Source: the human T2T-CHM13v2.0 reference genome, Homo sapiens
Assembly: GCF_009914755.1 (NCBI RefSeq)
Contig: NC_060930.1
Length of the DNA: 64,000 nucleotides
Direction: 5' to 3' (one strand)
A program made the position numbers and the translations under genes. Position 1 is the first letter of the stretch. The number at the start of each line of letters is the position of its first letter. The notes below the pieces were generated by a model. That model saw nothing but the letters and a program-made list of their open reading frames with translations, made no database searches and had not been told where the DNA came from. Shown piece by piece: positions 11,572 to 23,977 of the stretch.

Positions 11572-11963
11572 TGATGTAGTTTTGGCATTTGTCCCCACCC
11601 AAATCTCATGCTGAATTGTAATCCCCAATGCTGGAGGTGGGGCCTGGCCAGAGGTGTTCAGGTCATGGGGGCAGATCCCTCATGCTGGTTGGTCTTCCTG
11701 ATAGGAGTTCTCATGAGATCTGGTCATTTAAAAGTGTGTGCCCCCCACTCCACTCTCTCTTGCTCCTGCTCTGGCCATATGACCTGCCCCCTTCACCTTC
11801 TGTCATGATTGGAAGCTTCCTGAGGGCTCCCCAGAAGCCAAGCAGATGCTAGCATCATGCTTCCTGTAAAATGTGAAGACTTGTGAGCCAATTAAATCAT
11901 TTTATTTTTAAATCACACAGTCTCAGGTATTTCTTTATAGCAATGCTAGGATGGCCTCATACG
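11572..11963 (+). mobile_element. MSTA-like solo LTR (ERVL-MaLR)
   Basis: TGTCCCCACCCAAATCTCATG..GAATTGTAATCCCCAATG..GGAGGTGGGGCCTGG through CAGTCTCAGGTATTTCTTTATAGCAATG; about 390 bp. Confidence 0.9.
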
Positions 11964-12169
11964 GGAGGTAAATGCAAATATACTTCAAAAACCCTTAATA
12001 TTGTTATAAAGAAAAATGTACAAAATATAATGTTAAAAAGGAAAGCAAAACCAAAACTCTGCTTACGAACTTTGAAAATAAGTCAGGGTTGATGTTCAGC
12101 TATACAAGTTGTTGATGGCCAATCCATTTCTTTTGCTGGCACCCTCTTCAGGTAAGTTAGTGTCCATTC

Positions 12170-12822
12170 TGAAGCTTGGTGCCTGTTCTGATGGTTGGTG
12201 CTGGTTCTTATGGTTGGTTCCTGTTCTGATGGTTGGTTCCTGTTCTGATCATTGGTGCCCACTCTAATGCTTGGTGCCCTGTTCTGATGTTTGGTTCCTA
12301 TTCTGATGCTTGATGCCCATTACAATGGTTGGTTCCCATTCTGATGATTGGTGCCTGTTCTGATGGTTGGTGCCTGTTCTAATGGTTGGTTTCTGTTCTG
12401 ATGGTTGGTTCCTGTTCTCATGGTTGGTTCCTGTTCTGATGGTTGGTGCCTGTTCTGATGGTTGGTTTCTGTTCTGATGGTTGGTTTCTGTTCTGATGGT
12501 TGGTTTCTGTTCTGATGGTTGGTTCCTGTTCTGATGGTTGGTTCCTGTTCTGATGATTGGTGTCCTGTTCTGATGGTTGGTTCCTGTTCTGATGGTTGGT
12601 GTCCTGTTCTGATGGTTGATTCCTATTCTGATGGTTGGTTTCTGTTCTGATGGTTGGTTCCTGTTCTGATGGTTGGTACCCCCTGTTCTGATGGTTGGTG
12701 CCTGTTCTGATGTTTGGTTCCCGTTCTTATGTTTGATTCCTGTTCTGATGGTTGGTGCCTGTTCTGATGTTTGGTTCCCGTTCTTATGTTTGATTCCTGT
12801 TCTGATGGTTCATGCCCATTCT
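12170..12822. repeat. Minisatellite, 19-bp unit, ~34 copies
   Basis: Unit GTTCCTGTTCTGATGGTTG, homogeneous in the centre and degenerate at the edges. Confidence 0.95.
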
Positions 12823-13697
12823 ACTGAACTCATGACTCATTCTGATTAACTGTAGGCAAGACTTACTAGTGACTAAACATTTTGACTCTCGCCCTTGTAA
12901 TTAGGTAAATATTTTGCATCATATGCTCAAGGACTTAATTTGTGTAGGTAAACTTCTTGAACAGTGGTTTCTGGGGTGCTTTTCAATGTTTATGGCAGTA
13001 ATTTCTGTATAGTTTATTCAATTAATGAAGCTAAAGCATGCACCCTGGTGACTTTGGGTTTGCGAGCAAAGTGCAGCACATTTATCAGGTTTTGTAACAT
13101 TGTCTCCCCTGGGCCTTTTCCAGGTAAACCTTCTGCTGTGTCCTGAGGGCAGTAGCTGCCCCAGCGGGCGCTCTGCAGCCCTTCCTTCTGCTTGCCCAGG
13201 TCACCAAGTGGAGCTGGGGAGGAAGGAGAGAGCAGGGAGAGGAGGGGAGACCAGAACTCTCCTTTTGAACTCCTGATCCCTCTGGAAGCATTTGGAGCTC
13301 ACTGGGACCCTCCTCATTTTTGCTGCAGGTTCCCTTTTGTTCATTTGTTTTGTGTTGTTTTTGCACCCCGCCCTCCCTGCCTGTGCCATAGACTCTGTCT
13401 GTAACGTTTTTGATCCACATTTTTGCCACTCCTACATTGGGTCTGATAAGACAAAAGTGACTCTCTCAGAAAAGAAAACGGGCACAGTCTAAGGGTGGTG
13501 CTCATTTTGTGATGAAAGCCCCATCTTGTCTTTTTTTTCATCAAGGTGGTCTGACCAGCCTGCCCTGTACTGACCTTATTGTCATTCTTTTCTAGACACC
13601 AAAGCCATGGGCCCCAGTGTGTGGGAGGAGGACTCACGTCAGCCAGGGACTTCCTTGCAGCCACAAGCGTGGGTGCAGTGGTGATAAGCACACTGCG

Positions 13698-16290
13698 GAG
13701 GGTGAGGTGTGTAGGAGGGTGAGGTGTGTAGGAGGGTGAGGTGTGTAGGAGGGTGAGGTGTGTAGGAGGGTGAGGTGTGTAGGTGGGTGAGGTGTGTAGG
13801 AGGGTGAGGTGTGTAGGAGGGTGAGGTGTGTAGGAGGGTGAGGTGTGTAGGAGGGTTTGGTGTGTAGGAGGGTGAGGTGTGTAGGTGGGTGAGGTGTGTA
13901 GGAGGGTGAGGTGTGTAGGTGGGTGAGGTGTGTAGGTGGGTGAGGTGTGTAGGAGGGTGAGGTGTGTAGGAGGGTGAGGTGTGTAGGAGGGTGAGGTGTG
14001 TAGGAGGGTGAGGTGTGTAGGTGGGTGAGGTGTGTAGGAGGGTGAGGTGTGTAGGTGGGTGAGGTGTGTAGGAGGGTGAGGTGTGTAGGTGGGTGAGGTG
14101 TGTAGGAGGGTTTGGTGTGTAGGAGGGTGAGGTGTGTAGGAGGGTGAGGTGTGTAGGAGGGTGAGGTGTGTAGGAGGGTGAGGTGTGTAGGTGGGTGAGG
14201 TGTGTAGGAGGGTGAGGGGTGTAGGTGGGTGAGGGGTGTAGGAGGGTGAGGGGTGTAGGTGGGTGAGGGGTGTAGGAGGGTGAGGTGTGTAGGAGGGTGA
14301 GGTGTGTAGGAGGGTGAGGTGTGTAGGAGGGTGAGGTGTGTAGGAGGGTGAGGTGTGTAGGAGGGTGAGGTGTGTAGGAGGGTGAGGTGTGTAGGAGGGT
14401 GAGGTGTGTAGGAGGGTGAGGTGTGTAGGTGGGTGAGGTGTGTAGGAGGGTGAGGTGTGTAGGAGGGTGAGGTGTGTAGGAGGGTGAGGTGTGTAGGAGG
14501 GTGAGGTGTGTAGGAGGGTGAGGTGTGTAGGTGGGTGAGGTGTGTAGGTGGGTGAGGTGTGTAGGAGGGTGAGGTGTGTAGGTGGGTGAGGTGTGTAGGA
14601 GGGTGAGGTGTGTAGGAGGGTGAGGTGTGTAGGAGGGTTTGGTGTGTAGGAGGGTGAGGTGTGTAGGAGGGTGAGGTGTGTAGGTGGGTGAGGTGTGTAG
14701 GAGGGTGAGGTGTGTAGGAGGGTGAGGTGTGTAGGAGGGTTTGGTGTGTAGGAGGGTGAGGTGTGTAGGAGGGTGAGGTGTGTAGGAGGGTGAGGTGTGT
14801 AGGAGGGTTTGGTGTGTAGGTGGGTGAGGTGTGTAGGAGGGTGAGGTGTGTAGGAGGGTGAGGTGTGTAGGAGGGTGAGGTGTGTAGGTGGGTGAGGTGT
14901 GTAGGTGGGTGAGGTGTGTAGGAGGGTGAGGGGTGTAGGTGGGTGAGGTGTGTAGGAGGGTGAGGTGTGTAGGAGGGTTTGGTGTGTAGGAGGGTGAGGT
15001 GTGTAGGAGGGTGAGGTGTGTAGGAGGGTGAGGTGTGTAGGAGGGTTTGGTGTGTAGGTGGGTGAGGTGTGTAGGAGGGTGAGGTGTGTAGGTGGGTGAG
15101 GTGTGTAGGAGGGTGAGGTGTGTAGGAGGGTGAGGTGTGTAGGAGGGTGAGGTGTGTAGGTGGGTGAGGTGTGTAGGAGGGTGAGGTGTGTAGGAGGGTG
15201 AGGTGTGTAGGAGGGTGAGGTGTGTAGGTGGGTTTGGTGTGTAGGTGGGTGAGGTGTGTAGGAGGGTGAGGTGTGTAGGAGGGTGAGGTGTGTAGGTGGG
15301 TGAGGTGTGTAGGTGGGTGAGGTGTGTAGGAGGGTGAGGTGTGTAGGTGGGTGAGGTGTGTAGGAGGGTGAGGTGTGTAGGAGGGTGTGGTGTGTAGGAG
15401 GGTGAGGTGTGTAGGAGGGTGAGGGGTGTAGGTGGGTGAGGTGTGTAGGAGGGTGAGGTGTGTAGGAGGGTGAGGTGTGTAGGAGGGTGAGGTGTGTAGG
15501 AGGGTTTGGTGTGTAGGAGGGTGAGGTGTGTAGGAGGGTGAGGGGTGTAGGTGGGTGAGGTGTGTAGGAGGGTGAGGTGTGTAGGAGGGTGAGGTGTGTA
15601 GGAGGGTGAGGTGTGTAGGAGGGTTTGGTGTGTAGGAGGGTGAGGGGTGTAGGTGGGTGAGGTGTGTAGGAGGGTGAGGTGTGTAGGAGGGTTTGGTGTG
15701 TAGGAGGGTGAGGTGTGTAGGAGGGTGAGGTGTGTAGGAGGGTGAGGTGTGTAGGAGGGTTTGGTGTGTAGGTGGGTGAGGTGTGTAGGAGGGTGAGGTG
15801 TGTAGGAGGGTTTGGTGTGTAGGAGGGTGAGGTGTGTAGGTGGGTGAGGTGTGTAGGTGGGTGAGGTGTGTAGGAGGGTGAGGTGTGTAGGAGGGTGAGG
15901 TGTGTAGGAGGGTGAGGGGTGTAGGTGGGTGAGGTGTGTAGGAGGGTGAGGTGTGTAGGAGGGTGAGGTGTGTAGGAGGGTGAGGTGTGTAGGAGGGTTT
16001 GGTGTGTAGGAGGGTGAGGTGTGTAGGTGGGTGAGGTGTGTAGGAGGGTGAGGTGTGTAGGTGGGTGAGGTGTGTAGGAGGGTGAGGGGTGTAGGTGGGT
16101 GAGGTGTGTAGGAGGGTGAGGTGTGTAGGAGGGTGAGGTGTGTAGGAGGGTGAGGTGTGTAGGAGGGTTTGGTGTGTAGGAGGGTGAGGTGTGTAGGAGG
16201 GTGAGGTGTGTAGGAGGGTGAGGTGTGTAGGAGGGTGAGGTGTGTAGGAGGGTGAGGTGTGTAGGAGGGTGAGAGGTGTAGGTGGGATGA
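13698..16290. repeat. Large minisatellite, 17-bp unit, ~150 copies
   Basis: Unit GAGGGTGAGGTGTGTAG with few variants (GTGGGT, TTTGGT, GGGGT); the + strand has no C across the array. Confidence 0.99.
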
Positions 16291-19019
16291 GGTATGTAGG
16301 TGTGTCCTGGAAGGTTCAGCAGCTGTCCCCACAGTGGGCCCACAGGAATGGTGGTGTGGACACACTGCTCTTTAAAAGTGCAACAGCCTCAAAAACAATC
16401 GAGGGCACAGGAGAAGTCACTGGAGAGCCATTGTTTTATTTAGGAAACAAACTCTGAAGCAGGCCCTGCTGCTCCCCAAAGATGTGCCCACTCCAAGGAC
16501 CAGATTCTCAACACTTCACCTCTTCCCTGACAAACACGAAGTGAGAGTCACCCCCTCTGCCAAGACAGAGGGGTCGCGCCCAGGCCTCTGCTCCAAGCAG
16601 CAATGTCAGGAAGGTCTGGGCTGTGGCAGCTGAGGGAGAGCTCGACACCCACTCCCTGGACACCAACCCAGACGGCAGCCAGGCCTGCGGAGGCAGGGCC
16701 AGTCTTCGGGGGCAAGACGCGGCATGGAGACTCTGCACACACTTAGTCCAAAGGTTGGCTGCAGAATGTTAAGGTCCCAACAGGACAACAGGGGCAGGTG
16801 TCGGCACAGGAGGGTGAATGACAGGCAGCAAGGCCTCAGAACTGGGACTCCAGTTTCTCTCCCGGGGAAGAAAAGGAGGCGGCACCGATCCGGACAAATG
16901 AGGGCCAGGCAGCAGCATCCTGGCATGACCGCAGCAGGAGGGAGGAGCCAACGGTGCCACGTGGTTCCCAAATGCCAAGCATAGCCTGAGAGAGGAGGAA
17001 ACAGGAGAGAAGGGGAGGCCGGGGGGCCGCTTGGTGCCCAAGATTTCTCAGACGTCCCAGAGCCCTGACTCTGCTGCCAGCTTGCTTTACAGTGAGGCCA
17101 AGGAAGGAGCCACGGAGGGTGTGCTGGCCCTAGGAGCAGGATTCCTGTGTGTTCACTAAGCTTGCAGCATCAAGAAGCCACCAGCCAGCATGGACATGTG
17201 AGCGTCAGAGGGTGAGCAAGGCAACAGCCAGGACCAGGTGGAGCCAGGGGCCCCGCAGGTGCAGCCAGGACGGACATAGGGAGACCTTGGTCCCAACAAG
17301 GGCAGTGTCTCGATGGCCAGGCAGGAGTGGGGACGCTGTTGAGAAATGTTCTCCACAGCAGCTCAGGCAGCAGGAAAGACCCAGCCATCAGGTCAGCGCC
17401 GTGGTCTCCCAGCCAGCGTGCGCATGGCTGCAAATAGAGAAAAACACACCAGGAGGTCACACCCAAGGTCACTGCCGATCCCAGCACAGGGAGCCCCTGG
17501 CAAGGCCATTCCTGTGCTGGGCTAAGCCAACGCTGGACTCTGATTCAGCTGACAGCCCACAGGAGCTCTGTTTCTAGTGTTGGCAGCAACGTATCATCGC
17601 TCCAGCTTTGACTAAAACTGAAGGTTCCGATCAGTATTGTGTTTCCACTTAAGTATGAAATGAAGGGCAGGGCACAGGTCTCTGCGTGCCTCTCCCACAG
17701 CTCGTGTGGGGCTGCTGCTGTGTGTGGGGAGCGGACGCTTCCTCCTGAGCCGATTCAAGCCTCAGTTGTGACCAGGTGTGAAATTTCCGAAGTTCTCATT
17801 CAGAGAACCAAGCTTTCGCTTCCATTTACCCCCCGAGCTCGGCCCTGGACACGCCTCTAGTTTTTACACCCCTCCAGGTCCCAGGTCTCGCCCCGATGGT
17901 GCCCAGAGACTGCTGCTCTCCACTGGTTGGGCCCTAAATCCACCCTTCAGTGTTTGGTTGGCGCTTGCTGGCTCTGCCGGCGTCTCTCCAGCCAGCAGGA
18001 CAGCTCTGCCGGAAGCCCCATCCCTCCTCCTCCCCATCCTGTCCCTGAGCCGTCAGCCCTGGTGGCCGCTTGGAGGTGTGGGCGGGTTCTCCTCTCCTCC
18101 GCAGACCCCTCTTTAGCTGCCTGTCTGGGCCAGCACAGGATGTGGGCGCCCCGTGACACTCTCTTCTGTGCCAGCCCACTGGCCCACACTTCGACCTCCT
18201 TCCCCACTGAGACAGCTTCTCCTGTTTATTTTTTACCATTTTGTGGCTCCCACCAACTCCTTCTGCCTTCTACCAACACGTACCCCAGGCCCAGCCAGCT
18301 GGAGCCCGTGCTGCAACCCAGCCAGGATTCCCTTTCCTGACGCCGCGGTGCCCATCTGCCTCCACCGATGGATCTCACAGGCAATGCCAGGCTTGGTTAT
18401 ACTTCACACAGACAACCATAGCATACCTGCCTGAAATCTCTCCTGTAAATTCCTAACCAATTTGAGGCTCAGATTTTTTTTAATTTCCCAAGTATCTACA
18501 TATAATAAGTCAGAAGTAGAACTACCTAAGTATTTTTTTAAGCAGCTGAGATGTAGTAGGAGTGTGTTTGTCTACACAAACAGAGGGACATCTTCCCCGG
18601 GTGCGTTGAGGTAGGAGGCCACCCCGCCGTGGTGCGAGTCTCTCCTGAGCTGCCCAACGGCCACTTCTTTCCAGGCAGAGAGCACCTGTGCACAGTCCCT
18701 ATGCATTTGTGAGAAAGAGCGAGGGGGCTGTTCTGTCACCTGCAGTCCCCCACGTGGTCTTGAGGCAGTGGACACACCAGGTGAGCATTAGGTGGGGGAG
18801 GGGTGAAGAGCCACTGTCCCCACCAAGACCAACAGGAATGCAGACTGAGCTCAGGAAGCTGCTGCCTGCACATGTCTACTCATCTTTCATTTAAAAACCA
18901 CGCAGGAGGGAAAACAAAACACTCATGGGAAGAAGCGGGACCAGGCTCCAACCGCAAAGTCGCCCTTCATGCTTCACGCAAGAAAAAGGCCTCGGAGGGT
19001 AAGGGCAGGGCGTGGGACA

Positions 19020-19950
19020 ACACCCACCCCACAAGCCTGCTGCCCCTTCACTGCCTGCAGTGTACACAGAGCCTCACCCCCCACCACAAGCCTGCCGCCT
19101 GCCACCCCTCCACTGCCTGCAGTGTAGACAGAGCCTCGCCCCCCACCACAAGCCTTCTGTGTAGACAGAGCCTCACCTACCTGACAAGCCAGCTGCCCAC
19201 CACCCCTCCAGTGATTGCTGTGTAGATAGAGCTTCAAACCTCCCAAAAAGTCTGCTGCCTGCTGTCCCTCCACTGCCTGCAGTGTAGACAGAGGCTCATT
19301 CACTGCCAAGCCTGCTACCTGCTGCCCCTCCACTGCCTGCAGTGTAGACAGAGCTTCACCCTCCCCAACAAGCCTGCTGCCTGCCACCCCTCCACTGCCT
19401 GCAGTGTAGACAGGGACTTACCTACCCCACCAGCCTGCTGCCTGCTGCCCCTCCACTGCCTACAGTGTAGACAGAGCTTCACCCTCCCCAGCAAGCCTGC
19501 TGCCTGCCACCCCTCCACTGCCTGCAGTGTAGACAGAGCCTCACCCCCCACCACAAGCCTTCTGTGTAGACAGAGCCTCACCTACCTGACAAGCCAGCTG
19601 CCCACCACCCCTCCAGTGACTGCTGTGTAGATAGAGCTTCACCCCTCCCAAAAAGTCTGCTGCCTGCTGTCCCTCCACTGCCTGCAGTGTAGACAGAGGC
19701 TCATTCACCGCCAAGCCTGCTACCTGCTGCCCCTCCACTGCCTGCAGTGTAGACAGAGGCTCACCCCCCCACAAGCCTGCTGCCTGCCATCCCTCCACTG
19801 CCTACAGTGTAGACAGAGGCTCATCCCCCGCCAACAAGCCTGCTGCCTGCCGCCCCTGCACTGCCCGCAGTGTAGACAGATCTTCACCCTCCCCAACAAG
19901 CCTGCTGCCAGCCGCCCCTCCACTACCTGCAATGCAGACAGAGCCTCACT
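19020..19950. repeat. Minisatellite, ~60-bp unit, with a 405-bp higher-order duplication
   Basis: Unit CAAGCCTGCTGCCTGCCACCCCTCCACTGCCTGCAGTGTAGACAGAGC...; the truncated variant AGCCTTCTGTGTAGACAGAG recurs at 19151 and 19556. Confidence 0.93.
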
Positions 19951-22900
19951 CACTTCCCAGTGGCTTCTGGGGAGGAGGAGTCCCTCCCTGAGTCCTCAGG
20001 CCCCTCATGTGGGTGAGTGTGGGTGGAGGGCGGCCTGGGCAGCAGCTGCTGGAGGAGCTGCAAACTCTGCCATCAGTGTACACAGTGATCCAGGTGCTGC
20101 CTCTGGCAATTCACGGGAGAATCCCAGAAAGTTCCGTGACATCATCTCCATAATCCCCAGTACACAGTGAAGCCGGAGCTGGAGAGAGATGGGCAGGTGG
20201 GGCTGGGGACCCAGGGATCATGACGGGGCACCTGGGGCTGGCACTGCTGGGCACTGCTGCCTCAGAACCTACTCAAGGTTCCACCTCCCAACACCGTTGC
20301 TTTGGGGATTAAATTTCCAACACAGGAGCTGTGAGGACATGATCAAATCACTGTGCCAGCTGGTCACCAGGGGGCCACCACTCCAAGGAACCCTGAAGAT
20401 GGTGGACAGGAATTAGGAAGTGTTGAACCGTCTTAGATGGAATGCTGTTCATATGAAAGCAAGACGCTCTATCCTAGAATTGCTTTTATCATTTGGTTCT
20501 ATTGCCACTTTTCGAAAATTCTGTGACGTGAAGCATGCAGAAATAAAAAGAAGTAACACAGAAATTCTCAGGTCCATCAGCCAAGGGGGCCTTGCTGACT
20601 GCAGGCGGAGGTCTCAGGCCCGCCCAGCCCTGGCGTCTCCGCAGGGCTCTGACCCCGAGACAGCTCCACAGCCCCCTCTATTCTCCCCCGGCGCTCACGA
20701 TTCAACAACACGGACTTCATATTTGCCATTTGACAACTTGCCTTTTTCTGATAGGGCTCCAGTTGTGAAGTTAGCAAGAGCCTGAAGGCTTTTTTAAAAG
20801 GAAAGAAAAAATGTATATTTTTCTAAAAAAAAAAAAATTCTAAGGGTGGTAAATTCCCTTAAGGTAAAGCTGCTTCCCAGCTAATGCAAGAGCTGCAAGC
20901 AGCTGGGAAATGGGTGTTGTATTGTCTAGCCTGGCTCTGGGAACGGATTCATAGCTGCTGCCTGGAAGGTTAAAATGTGCAGAGGATTCGTGGAGAACAA
21001 GGAGAAAACCAAGACAGTCAGTTCGGTTTGGTTCCTGAGGGGGAAGCCCTGGGCTCATCATGGACGCCTAGAGGAGCGGGCGGCAGAGGCAGCTCCAGGC
21101 AGCTCCCGAGGGGAACCTGGGTATTTGGAAATCCTGGGGGAGTAGCTGAGGGAGGTGATTTAGAAGGTGATACTTTGGGCCTCGTGTCTTTTCTTTGGCT
21201 CTCTGTTGCTGGAGCAGAAAGACAGAGCAGTCTCAGGCATGCTTCCCTCCTCTCCTGAGCCAGCCTCGGATCAGCTGAGAGCCACAGCAGGGAGGGTGGG
21301 AAACCCAGGCTGGTGTTCCTGAGACAGCTCCTCCCGCCTGCCCCTGTCTCCTTCTGCTGAGTAGAAACAAAGCACTTCTCCCCACGTGGCAACGTAAATC
21401 AGGGATGTGTCTTCATCTCTAGTGATAAATAGGACTTTGTTTCATTCATTCTGAGGTGTTTAGAAAAGAACTGTTAAAAAAAAAAAAGCCAGATTGTCCC
21501 TCAAATTGTTCCTTCACATGCCTGGACACCTTTCTCCAGCCCTAGCAGGGCAAATGTCTGGGGATGTCAGACCGGACAGGAAAACCTTGAACTCCTTCAG
21601 AGCAGGAGGCTTTCCAGAATTCCAGGACGTCCCAACTCTCCCGCCGTGAGTGGCAGCTCAGCAGACCCGGAAGGAAGTGCGACCACGACTTTCCGCACTG
21701 AGGTCCTCAGCAAATGTTGATCCACGGGCTCCACGGCGCAGCCAGCACCGACTTCTCCACCCACTGGCCACCGAACCCTGTTCTCGCCAAGGCCTCCTTT
21801 GTCCACGCCTCCGAGGAGCTCGGCCCGGTGGTCACAAGTGCAGCCAAGAATAAGGGGCTATTTGGGTCAGGCAAGCCTGCCATGTTTCGGGAAAGTTGCC
21901 CCGGGGTTAGGAAACGCTCCATCTGAGGGAAATGGAGCTCCCCACCGGTTCTTGGAGCCCAGGCGTCGCCCACCCTGCTGGTTTTCTCTTTGGTGGGATT
22001 GTCTTTGAATTCCATTGTTGGCCTAGTTTCCTGAGCCAAACCTCAAACAGCTTGGCTGAGAGAGCACAGAACAGGAAAATCAGCTCGGAGAGAGGCTGGT
22101 CATAAGGAAATAGTCACTCGGCCGATGACGTCCACAGTCCCCTGACGTCTGTCCCCAGCATTGAGCAGCGGAAGCCACAGATTCTTGAAGCGGGAATTCA
22201 AGTCCTCAGGCAAAGGCGCATTGTGACTGTCTGATCAGCATTTCCTATTGATCTCTTTACAAATTACCTTTGTTCTCTAAGGCCAGGCAGGCATCTGGAG
22301 GCTGGAGCGGGAGGGCCATCGGGTGAGGCCCCGGCCAGCGCCTCAGACTGCCAGAGAGCCTCAGCCCCGCCCCACACCGTCCCAGGTCCCTGCCTGGAGG
22401 ATCTGGAGCTGGGGACTGCTGTGAGGTGGACACGGTGCAGCTGATTCCAGGGCGCCCTGAGCTGAAGCAACACCGTGCAACCAGTCGCAGGTGCTCAGGA
22501 CGAGCCGTACCAAGAGGGACGTTCCTCTGCCAGATCAAACGTGGGGTGGTTGTTCGGCCCAAGGCTGCCCGTGCTGTTCCCTGCACCCCAGTACGCCAGG
22601 TTATGGGGTGAGCTCTGGCCCTGCCCTCCCAACCTACCCCCGCCCCCGGCTGGCTGGAGGCCCTGTGCTCGCCCGCCCGCCAGGCTGCGGCTGCCCTGCA
22701 GGAGCTGGGACTGACTCTAATTGTGATTTGATCCCGTTGTGTTTTCTCTGTGAAGTGCTTCACTGTTAGAAAAGTGAAGGGCTGCCGCCCGGCTGCATAA
22801 ATTCCTCACACATCAATGTCCCCATTACAGCATGAGTCAGCAGCCCTGCCGGCAGGTGCTGAGAGTTTGGCGGCCAGCCCACTCCTGCAGAACTTCCAGA

Positions 22901-23630
22901 GCGAGCCATCTCCACGCAGAGGGGGAGCCTCCCAGTGAACCCCAAGCTGAAGACTGCCCTCTATCACCTCGTTTGTGGCAATGGGGGCTGTGGGGGAGGG
23001 GAAGGAGGCATGTGCTGTTAGTAAGAGGCTCACATCTGACAAAAAAATACCATTCCCAGAAAGTCAGGCCTTTGAGGCGATCGCTACCTCACAACCATGA
23101 CTCCCCCAGTCCCACCTGCATGAGCCGGACACGCCTGTCACATGGTGGCCTGCACCGAGCACCCGCACACCGGCCCCCACAACACCCCACTAGCTCTGCA
23201 GAAGGCCCCCTCCACCCACGCCCACCCCAGTGGACTCCAGTAGGTGGGCGCCCAGGTTGACTCCAATCCACAAGCAACCGCGGAAAGAGCAAGGCTGGGA
23301 AACCGGCAGGGGCCGCCAGGACCACAGCAACCTTCCTCCCTGCGCCTGCAGTCAGAGGTGCCCTGTGTCCCCGGAGGAGAGCGAGGGGCTCGGGAGGGTC
23401 CTCACTCACAGGCACCGGGCGCTTCGACTGCACCCTCATCTCCATCTGCAGGAGGCACAAAGGGGGACTGACAAGCCCAGTCAGGGTGCATGGGAAGGTC
23501 CTTTCCCACTAGACAAGCCAGTAGGGGCCAGGGCCCCAGGGGTACTGGCTGGAGGGGGCGTCTCCCCCACACCATCCTGGCCCTTGGGCTCACTGCAGAC
23601 ATGGAAGCCAGCAGGCAAAGCTGCACACCC

Positions 23631-23718
23631 CTCTCCCTCCTCCCAGCCCAGGCCTGCGTGCTCTCCCTCCTCCCAGCCCAGGCCTGCCTGCTCTCCCTCC
23701 TCCCAGCCCAGGCCTGCA
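23631..23718. repeat. Three-copy 30-bp tandem repeat
   Basis: CTCTCCCTCCTCCCAGCCCAGGCCTGC x3. Confidence 0.9.
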
Positions 23719-23977
23719 GGCCAGGTAGTGATGGATAAGACGGGTCATTGCACCTGGTGCTGCACTCGCCTCCTGTTCCTTCCAGGAGGGTCTTCTCCAG
23801 CCCTGCCGGGAAGACCCTGGTGCACACAGGCCTTCCAGCATGGCCTGCCTAGCTCCTCGCCCTCCTGGGTCCTCACAGCCCCGGCCTCCTCCCTCCATGG
23901 TCGTGCTCTTCTGCTGTCAGCCCCAGGCCTCGCAGTATCGGCCAGAAAAGCCCATGCCCCTGGGCAAGCCCTGAGTC

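Noticed and set aside
13341-16365. 1000-aa and 908-aa minus-strand ORFs, including TSPSYTP peptides resembling the RNA polymerase II CTD
   Set aside because: The 17-nt unit has no G and no TAA on that strand, so stop codons cannot occur in any frame; both ORFs start at GTG; the period is 17 nt, not a 21-nt heptad.
21707-22039. 110-aa minus-strand ORF with ordinary composition
   Set aside because: No recognisable homology or exon structure; its length is expected by chance in GC-rich DNA. A BLAST/Ribo-seq check would be needed.
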